64,000 nt of DNA from the NCBI GenBank assembly GCA_020438105.1, contig JAGQVE010000005.1, forward strand, positions 3,473 through 67,472, given 5' to 3'. Of the stretch, positions 30,301 to 37,120 are shown in pieces. The translations under genes and the position numbers were made by a program. Below the pieces are notes generated by a model, which was not told the origin of the DNA, made no database searches, and saw only the letters and a list, made by a program, of their open reading frames with translations. The stretch's first letter is position 1. Every line of letters starts with the position of its first letter. The DNA comes from Bacteroidales bacterium. Its GTDB lineage: Bacteria; Bacteroidota; Bacteroidia; Bacteroidales; JAADJA01.

Positions 30301-31067
30301 TTGTATGTCTCGGACTGCATTTTACCAATTATGAATTAACAGAAGAACAGGGACAGGCATTGAAAGACTTCCTGCTTGATGGCGGAAACCTTTATATGGA
30401 AGGTCGTGTTACCTGGGCTGATGATCCGCAAACACCGGTTCACAGTATGTTCAATATTGAAGTAGTGGATTATTCCATGTTCCTGATCCAGGAAGTAAAC
30501 GGAAAGCCTGGTTCATTTGCTTCAAACCTTGCATTTGGATATGACGGTAACAATCCTGTGAATAATTATTCAATCGAACCTGTTTCACCAGCTTTTGGCC
30601 TTTTCACTACTCAAGATGAAGATCATGGTGCGATGGTAGCCTTCAATGAAGGAACTTACAGAACCATCGGATCAACGGTTGAATTTGGAAAACTTGTTGA
30701 TGGAGAAGCCCCTTCAACCAAACAGGAGTTGATGCAATTGTTCCTTACCTGGTTCGACGGAACACTTACCGGAGTTGATGATTTTGGCCAATTTGATAAA
30801 AACAACCTCAATGCTATCCCAAATCCATTTACTCACGAAACTTACCTTGAAGTTTCGTTGAACCAAAATATTCCGGCAGCCCTTGAAATTAGCAATTTGC
30901 AAGGTCAATTGATTAGAACCTTTGTGTTGGAAAATACGAATAAAGGAATCCATCAAATCCACTGGGATGGTAATAATGAAAACGGACAGGCTTGTGAAGC
31001 AGGCGTATACATTGGTACCTTAAAAGTTGGAAATCAAACGCAAACAATCAAACTTATTAAATATTAG
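27321..31067 (+). CDS. C25 (gingipain-like) cysteine peptidase, T9SS cargo
   Basis: The start is trimmed to MRKIYGLILFGLF (signal peptide). It has an N-terminal propeptide-like region, then a catalytic His context QHRDHGFEQGWGEP (about 28761-28800) and a Cys context SVNCLTGKY (Cys codon 28866-28868). DDxGNxNG Ig-like repeats, an alpha/beta-looking module (about 30171-30770) and a type-A CTD follow. It lies 45 nt after the M14 gene. Confidence 0.85.
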   Translation: MRKIYGLILFGLFISFIGRAEDINYTNSWGKAGLSVVSQSNQSVELNFSIQSFGINTVRINGEDMVEVSLPEVFLPNDEGAPNLPGLSKFIAIPQGAIATVKLVESRVETIENVNIAPAPRIPWDTERGPLEYHKNGTIYSKDAFYPSNTVTTSEQTDIRGIDAVIVGVTPFQYNPVTKQLLVYRDIKIEVTFEGGNGHFGDDRLRNRWWDPILRDVFLNEASIPEVNYNKSFQGTKDVGCEYLIISPNNPEFLSWADSIKKFRTEQGIQTDIITMSDIGTNSAITIENFVNNAYNTWDIPPAAILILGDYGTNPDNSIMAPIWDNYCVSDNIYADVNNNDMPDIIFARMTAQNDTHLETYITKFLNYERTPPTSEDFYNHPITALGWQTERWFQICSEVVGGFWKNGLGKEPVRVNEVYDGNPDVDPWSTATNTNVVMNYFGPYGLDYIPSSPTELGDWEGGNADDVNDAINAGSFMLQHRDHGFEQGWGEPDYSSPDIADLTNTDLSFILSVNCLTGKYNLTNECFAEVFHRYKYNGENAGALGLIAASEVSYSFVNDAYVWGVYDNMWPDFMPAYGTSVDHRGILPAFGNAAGKYFLKQSNWPYNTSNKEVTYNLFHHHGDAFMTVYSEVPQPLTVLHADQLLAGATTFTVQADEDAFIALTVNGEIIGTADSDGSATEIVIPAQTVGTEVLITVTKQNFYRHQSTVEVIDNSTAYIVNAAYQLNDDAGNANGLMDYGETITLDLDMENIGTLQADNVMVTLGSESEFITVQGGAVSFGNIAAGNSTLIEDAFTFEVSGQVPDLENIVFVLEANDGSNTWNSYIAIVAHAPVLELVSFTVNDAAGNNNGRIDPGETADITILMTNTGSSDAFGIVGDLTCVEPDITINTSAQTYGDLAFGETAENTFTIEAGAAIPEGTQAEFELMLSADGGVETSVEFMSVIGKFTALVLDLEPMHYSGPEIYNTFSDMDIYAEYSTTFPEDLGLYKNVFVCLGLHFTNYELTEEQGQALKDFLLDGGNLYMEGRVTWADDPQTPVHSMFNIEVVDYSMFLIQEVNGKPGSFASNLAFGYDGNNPVNNYSIEPVSPAFGLFTTQDEDHGAMVAFNEGTYRTIGSTVEFGKLVDGEAPSTKQELMQLFLTWFDGTLTGVDDFGQFDKNNLNAIPNPFTHETYLEVSLNQNIPAALEISNLQGQLIRTFVLENTNKGIHQIHWDGNNENGQACEAGVYIGTLKVGNQTQTIKLIKY

Positions 31068-31092
31068 AGAAAACTTTATTAAAACAAAAATT

Positions 31093-34000
31093 ATGAGATC
31101 AATTAGGACATTCATGAAATCAATGGTTTTTATGCTGTCATTGGTATTTATTTCAGGACAAATTTTTGCCCAGGAATTTACTTATACCGATAGCTGGGGA
31201 ACACAAGGATTTCAGCTTACACAGCAAAAAGCAAACAGCGTGGAGGTTATTTACTCTATCAATTCATTTACGCTGTCGAAAAATCAAATCAACGGTGATA
31301 TGCTCGACGAGATTGAATTGCCGGGCAACTTCTTGTTTAACAACGAAGGAGCACCAAATCTTCCCGGTCAGGGTCGCTTTATAGCAATTCCGCAGGGAGC
31401 TACAGCCACCGTTGAAATTGTATCCTCCCGGATTGAAACATTTCATGGAATTGAAATGGCTCCGGCTCCACGTATTCCTTGGGAAACAGAAGTTGGCCCG
31501 CTGGATTACAATAAAAAAGAAGAAATCTACACAAAGGATGCATTCTATCCAGTACAAAATGTTTTGTTGTCAGAAGTTACGCAAATACGGGGTGTTGATG
31601 CCGTTACGCTTGGAATAACTCCTTTCCAGTATAATCCGGTAACAAAAGACCTGATCGTTTACCGCGATCTTAAAGTAAAAGTAAGTTTTGAAGGTGGCAA
31701 TGGCCATTTTGGAACGGATCGCTTGCGCAGTCGCTGGTGGGATCCGATCATGTCGGACATCTTTTTAAATTATGAATCACTTCCTAAAATGGATTACAGT
31801 AAATCCTATCAAAATACAGATGAAACCGGATGTGATTATCTGATCGTAACACCTACAAATCCTGAATTCCTGCAATGGGCTGATTCAATTAAACAATTCC
31901 GCAGATTACAGGGAATACAGGCTGATATCATGACTGTTGAAGACTGTGGTGGTAATAATGTAAATACCCTTGAATCTTTCTTCAATGATGCATATAATAG
32001 TTGGGATGTAGTTCCTTCCGCAATTTTAATTTTAGGTGATTATGGAACCAACTCGTCTACCAGTATTACCTCCCCAATCTGGAATAACTACTGCGTATCT
32101 GATAATATTTGGTCAGATGTAAGTGGAAACAGCATGCCCGATATCATCTTTGCACGAATGACTGCTCAAAACGCCAGCCAACTGGAAGTAATGGTTACCA
32201 AATTTCTGGATTATGAGCGCACCCCGCCCACTGATCCTGATTTTTATAACCATCCTATCTCGGCTTTAGGCTTCCAAACCGAGCGTTGGTTCCAGATCTG
32301 CTCCGAAACAGTAGCCGGATTCTGGGAAAATTACATGGAAAAAGAACCTGTTAGGGTAAATAAAACATACATTGGTAACCCTACCAGCGATCCCTGGTCG
32401 ACAGCTACCAATACCGCCACCGTTGTGAACTACTTTGGCCCGAATGGATTGGGCTATATTCCAGCAACCCCGGGTCAGGTAAATTGTACCTGGAACGGAT
32501 CAGCACAGGATGTAGTCAATGCGATCAATGCCGGCTCCTTTATGCTTCAGCACCGTGATCATGGATTTGAACAGGGATGGGGCGAGCCCGCCTTCACAAG
32601 TACCAATATCAGCAGTCTGCATAATACCGATTTGATTTTTGTATGGTCCATCAACTGTTTGACCGGAAAATACAATTACAGCTCAGAAGTGTTTGCAGAA
32701 AAATTCCACCGATACACCTACAATGGAGAAAACTCAGGCTGTCTGGCCATCAATGCAGCCTCAGAAGTATCCTACTCTTTTGTAAACGATACCTATGTAT
32801 GGGGTGCTTATGATAACATGTGGCCGGATTTTATGCCTACTTACGGCTCAGCCTTGCCGGAACGAGGACTATTGCCGGCCTTTGCAAGTGCCGCAGGAAA
32901 ATATTTTCTGCAGGCATCAAACTGGCCCTATAATACCAGTAACAAAGAGGTAACCTATAATCTGTTCCATCACCATGGCGATGCTTTTACTGTGGTTTAT
33001 TCTGAAGTACCTCAAAATTTAACGGTCATTCATAATCCAATTTTGTATGCCGGTGTAACAAATTTTGATGTAACTGTTGATGAAGGAGCATTTATTGCCC
33101 TTACTGTAAATGGTGAAATTATTGGAACGGCAGAAGCCACAGGTGGAATGGTATCTATTACTATTCCGGCACAGCAACCCCCTGATAATATGGTTGTAAC
33201 CATTACAAAACAAAACTATTATCGTTACTCTAGTGTGGTAGAAGTTATTCCTCCAGCCGGACCATACGTGGTTTACAATGCTGTTGAGATCAATGATGAT
33301 GCAGGAAACGGAAACGGAATCATGGAAACAGCCGAATCGATCATGGCAACATTGGTTGTTGAAAATGTGGGTGTGGAAGAGGGACAAAATGTATCGGTTT
33401 CCATTGCAACAGCTGACGAATACGTAACTATAACTGATGACAGTGAAAATTATGGTAACATTGCTGCAGGTGCCACTGCTTCAATCGCTGATGGATTTGC
33501 CTGGGATGTTGCTGATAATATTCCGGATATGCACCAGGTATTATTTGAGTTGGAAGCCACCAATGGAACAGATGTTTGGAGCACTTTCTTCAGTGTTCAA
33601 GGGCATGGGCCAAACCTGGAAGTTGGAACTATGACCATTGATGATGCTGCCGGTAACAACAACGGCCGCCTCGATCCGGGTGAAAATGCAACAATTATTG
33701 TTGAAACAAGCAATAGTGGTTCGTATGACGCAATGGAAGCAATCGGAACACTGAGCATTACAAGTTCATATGTGACCGTTATTAATAGTACCTACGACTT
33801 TACTACTTTGGGATCTGATGTTACTGAATATGCTGAGTTCGAGGTATCCGTTGCTGACGAAACACCTACAGGAACCGTAGTAAGCATGACCTATGATATT
33901 TCATCAGGGGGTTACCAGGTACAGGAAACTTTTGCCGCTACTGTTGGATTGATCGTTGAAGACTGGGAAACCGGTGACATGTCGCAGTATGACTGGTCAA

Positions 34001-35160
34001 CCGGTGGAAATGCAAACTGGTCGGTAGTTTCCGGAAATGCATATGAAGGTACATACAGCGCAAAATCAGGAACCATTTCGCACAGTCAAAATAGCTGGCT
34101 GGAGCTTGAATATGATGTTTTTGCCGATGGTGAAATTTCATTCATGTATAAAGTTTCTTCAGAAGGATCTTATGATTACCTGAGGTTCTATATCGATAAC
34201 AATGAACAGGCTGCCTGGTCAGGTGAAGAGGGATGGTCGGAAGCAGTATTCAGTATCACTTCCGGGCTTCATACCTTTAAATGGCAATACGATAAAGACG
34301 GAAGCGTTTCGAGTGGTTCTGACTGTGCATGGATTGATTTTATCATAATGCCACCGCCACCTGTTACTACTGCATATGCAGGTCCGGATGCTGTTTCGTG
34401 CGGAACTGCTCCTTACACCACACAAGGAGGTGCCACACTTTATAATATTGTGAACTGGATGTCATCAGGAAGTGGTTATTTTGATAATCAGCAAAGTCTG
34501 GATGCCATTTATCATCCCAGTGATGCGGACGTTAACAGCGGTTCAGTAATGCTCGGTTTAACAGCTTATTATTCAGGAGGAACACAGGTAACAGATGAAA
34601 TGGAACTTGCTTTAACAGCAGAGCCTGTGGCTTTTGCCGGCAATGATAATGCTGTTGCTACCGGCAGCTCATACACCCTCAGCGATGCAGTTGCAGAAAA
34701 TTATACTGATATCCTTTGGACCTCCAATGGGGATGGTACTTTTGATGATGCCACGATAATGAACCCCACATATACACCAGGTTCGGATGACATCATTAAC
34801 GGAGAAGTAACTTTGAGCATGATGGTTATAGGAGAAGCTCCATGTGGTAATATGACTGATGATATGTTGCTTACTGTTGGTATCAACACCGGAGTAATTG
34901 AACAGGATGGTTACAACCTTGCGCTGTACCCCAATCCAAACAACGGAACTTTTAATATTGAATTAAAAGGGCAAAACATTCAAAATGTTAGTATCACGAT
35001 TTACAATATCCTGGGCGATGTTATCTACCGGGAAGATCAAATTACACTCGAAGGTGCTTACTCAAGTCAACTTTCGATTGAAGCTGATCCGGGATTGTAT
35101 TTCATCAGGGTTGAGGGAGAAAATCTCCTGATCAATCAAAAAATAACAATCAGAAAATAA
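31093..35160 (+). CDS. C25 (gingipain-like) cysteine peptidase paralog, T9SS cargo
   Basis: The start is trimmed to MRSIRTFMKSMVFML (signal peptide). It is collinear with the 27321 gene through the catalytic region (LQHRDHGFEQGWGEP, SINCLTGKY). Ig-like repeats, the jelly-roll-like module (33949-34353), two tandem repeats of about 90 aa and a CTD follow. It lies 25 nt after the previous gene. Confidence 0.85.
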   Translation: MRSIRTFMKSMVFMLSLVFISGQIFAQEFTYTDSWGTQGFQLTQQKANSVEVIYSINSFTLSKNQINGDMLDEIELPGNFLFNNEGAPNLPGQGRFIAIPQGATATVEIVSSRIETFHGIEMAPAPRIPWETEVGPLDYNKKEEIYTKDAFYPVQNVLLSEVTQIRGVDAVTLGITPFQYNPVTKDLIVYRDLKVKVSFEGGNGHFGTDRLRSRWWDPIMSDIFLNYESLPKMDYSKSYQNTDETGCDYLIVTPTNPEFLQWADSIKQFRRLQGIQADIMTVEDCGGNNVNTLESFFNDAYNSWDVVPSAILILGDYGTNSSTSITSPIWNNYCVSDNIWSDVSGNSMPDIIFARMTAQNASQLEVMVTKFLDYERTPPTDPDFYNHPISALGFQTERWFQICSETVAGFWENYMEKEPVRVNKTYIGNPTSDPWSTATNTATVVNYFGPNGLGYIPATPGQVNCTWNGSAQDVVNAINAGSFMLQHRDHGFEQGWGEPAFTSTNISSLHNTDLIFVWSINCLTGKYNYSSEVFAEKFHRYTYNGENSGCLAINAASEVSYSFVNDTYVWGAYDNMWPDFMPTYGSALPERGLLPAFASAAGKYFLQASNWPYNTSNKEVTYNLFHHHGDAFTVVYSEVPQNLTVIHNPILYAGVTNFDVTVDEGAFIALTVNGEIIGTAEATGGMVSITIPAQQPPDNMVVTITKQNYYRYSSVVEVIPPAGPYVVYNAVEINDDAGNGNGIMETAESIMATLVVENVGVEEGQNVSVSIATADEYVTITDDSENYGNIAAGATASIADGFAWDVADNIPDMHQVLFELEATNGTDVWSTFFSVQGHGPNLEVGTMTIDDAAGNNNGRLDPGENATIIVETSNSGSYDAMEAIGTLSITSSYVTVINSTYDFTTLGSDVTEYAEFEVSVADETPTGTVVSMTYDISSGGYQVQETFAATVGLIVEDWETGDMSQYDWSTGGNANWSVVSGNAYEGTYSAKSGTISHSQNSWLELEYDVFADGEISFMYKVSSEGSYDYLRFYIDNNEQAAWSGEEGWSEAVFSITSGLHTFKWQYDKDGSVSSGSDCAWIDFIIMPPPPVTTAYAGPDAVSCGTAPYTTQGGATLYNIVNWMSSGSGYFDNQQSLDAIYHPSDADVNSGSVMLGLTAYYSGGTQVTDEMELALTAEPVAFAGNDNAVATGSSYTLSDAVAENYTDILWTSNGDGTFDDATIMNPTYTPGSDDIINGEVTLSMMVIGEAPCGNMTDDMLLTVGINTGVIEQDGYNLALYPNPNNGTFNIELKGQNIQNVSITIYNILGDVIYREDQITLEGAYSSQLSIEADPGLYFIRVEGENLLINQKITIRK

Positions 35161-35180
35161 ACTGATTAATAATTGAACTG

Positions 35181-35208
35181 AAAACCCCGCAATTATGCGG
35201 GGTTTTTT
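35181..35208. terminator. rho-independent terminator
   Basis: AAAACCCCGC-AATTAT-GCGGGGTTTTTT: a 6-bp GC stem plus a T-run, 21 nt after the stop codon. Confidence 0.8.
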
Positions 35209-35297
35209 GTTAATGTTCTGTTAATTTCGGTATTGCTTTACATGAATAGTATAATTTTATTTGTCTTTAAATGAGGTACTAACAAAAACTACATAAT

Positions 35298-36959
35298 ATG
35301 AAAACACTACTATTTACTATTCTCTCATTTTTTTGTATAGTTGCTGTTCAGGGACAGCAAATTGCCCGTGATAAAGTAATTGTTGAAATTGGTACCGGAA
35401 CATGGTGCTATTACTGTCCGGGGTCAGCTCTTGGAGCTGATGACTTAATTTCTAACGGAAAAGAGGTTGCCGTTATTGAACATCACGGTCCTGCTGGTTC
35501 AGATCCATTCGCCACTACGGGCTCAGTTGCCAGAAATACCTTCTACGGAATTACAGGTTATCCCACGGCCTGGTTTGATGGTGGAAATGCCGTAGTTGGT
35601 GGAAGCCACACCGCCAGTATGTATAGCAATTATCTTTCGAAGTACAACCAACGCATAGCAGTTCCCTGTTCTTTTTCGCTTGAAATGAACGGATTCAACA
35701 GTGGGTTAGATTATACAGTGATTGTTTCTGCCGAACAAGTGGCATCTTATGGTGGTGCCGGGGTTACCTTACACCTTGTGTTGACCGAGTCAGATATTAT
35801 TTATAGCTGGCAGGGACTTAGTGAACTCCATTTTGTAAATCGCTTAATGGTTCCTAATCAAAACGGAACATCCGTTGTTTTTGCCGGAATCAATGATGTT
35901 GTAAGCACCCAACTAACTTTTTCTCTTGATCCATCTTGGGTTCCCGAGCATTGTGAACTGGTTGCTTTTTTGCAGGATAATGCAAATAGGGAGATTCTTC
36001 AGGGAATGAAAGTTTCTTTAACAGATTTATTACCCACAAGTTTTAACAATGCAACATGCCAGGCTGTTTCGATGGTTCCGGTAACCAATTGCGAGGGCCA
36101 GTTGGCACCTGTTGTTTCTATTTCAAATGATGGTGCGGAAACCCTCGAATCGTTGGATATAAATTATCAGGTTAATGAGGAAACCATAAATACATTTAAC
36201 TGGTCAGGTAGTTTAGCTTTTGGCCAATCCACCGATATTGAATTACCAGTCGTATCTTTCGATATATTAAATGAAAACAACCTGGTAGTGTATACTACCA
36301 ATCCAAATGGTAATCCGGATGAAGATCCCATGAATGATACTACAAGCACCTCCTTCATGGCTGCTCAGCAAGTTATTCCAGATATTTACCTGTTCCTCAA
36401 GTTAGATGATAATCCTGAAGAAACCACCTATAAATTAATGAATTCAAATGGTGATGTTATCTATTCCGGTGGGCCTTTTACCACGCCACAAGCTTTTGTA
36501 AAAGATACCTTTGAGCTTTCGATGAATGATTGTTACACTTTTACCATCAATGATGCAGGTGGAAATGGTTTACAAAGCGGATCGTATTATGCATTGCGGG
36601 AAAGCAATTTTAATATGATTTACGAAAATGATGCCTTTTCTGATGCCGATGAAATGGTACAGTTTGATGCGGTAGCTGTAGGCGTAGAAGAGATTACAAA
36701 TGCAAGTGAATTGATGGTATTTCCTAATCCTGCCACCGACGTAATCAATGTAAAATTTGAAGTTTCAAATTCAGAACCTGTTGAAATCACACTCTATAAC
36801 CTTGTTGGAGAGATTGTTTATACCTCGGGAGTGCAATCCTACCCTATGGGCGCAAAAACTAAAAGTATTAATGTTGAAAATAATCCATCAGGGGTTTATT
36901 TCCTAAGGTTGAAAATTGGAGACCAATTGTTTACACAAAAAATCTCTGTTACTAAATAA
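35298..36959 (+). CDS. secreted thioredoxin-fold CxxC protein (Omp28-related-like N-domain), T9SS cargo
   Basis: Signal peptide, then VIVEIGTGTWCYYCPGSA, with Cys codons TGC at 35406-35408 and TGT at 35415-35417. An uncharacterised central or C-terminal region follows (DDNPEETTYKLMNSNGDVIYSGGP), then a type-A CTD (VFPNPATDVINVKF...VYFLRLKIG). Confidence 0.75.
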   Translation: MKTLLFTILSFFCIVAVQGQQIARDKVIVEIGTGTWCYYCPGSALGADDLISNGKEVAVIEHHGPAGSDPFATTGSVARNTFYGITGYPTAWFDGGNAVVGGSHTASMYSNYLSKYNQRIAVPCSFSLEMNGFNSGLDYTVIVSAEQVASYGGAGVTLHLVLTESDIIYSWQGLSELHFVNRLMVPNQNGTSVVFAGINDVVSTQLTFSLDPSWVPEHCELVAFLQDNANREILQGMKVSLTDLLPTSFNNATCQAVSMVPVTNCEGQLAPVVSISNDGAETLESLDINYQVNEETINTFNWSGSLAFGQSTDIELPVVSFDILNENNLVVYTTNPNGNPDEDPMNDTTSTSFMAAQQVIPDIYLFLKLDDNPEETTYKLMNSNGDVIYSGGPFTTPQAFVKDTFELSMNDCYTFTINDAGGNGLQSGSYYALRESNFNMIYENDAFSDADEMVQFDAVAVGVEEITNASELMVFPNPATDVINVKFEVSNSEPVEITLYNLVGEIVYTSGVQSYPMGAKTKSINVENNPSGVYFLRLKIGDQLFTQKISVTK

Positions 36960-36983
36960 GCTTTATTGATAAGCGCAAATTAA

Positions 36984-37010
36984 AGCGGGGTCATAAACCC
37001 CGCTTTTTTT
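36984..37010. terminator. rho-independent terminator
   Basis: AGCGGGG-TCATAAA-CCCCGCT followed by a T-run. Confidence 0.8.
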
Positions 37011-37071
37011 ATTCGTCTTATTTAGAATCGCAATAAATTACATATTTGAATTTATTGCTTATATTTCTTTT

Positions 37072-37079
37072 TATATTTG
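37072..37079 (+). promoter_or_regulatory. Bacteroidota -7 box-like motif (TAnnTTTG)
   Basis: TATATTTG lies 42 nt upstream of the ATG at 37121. This is a motif match only. Confidence 0.3.
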
Positions 37080-37120
37080 CTATTAAATGTAAAAGCATTT
37101 ATTAACAAATACTTAGCAAA

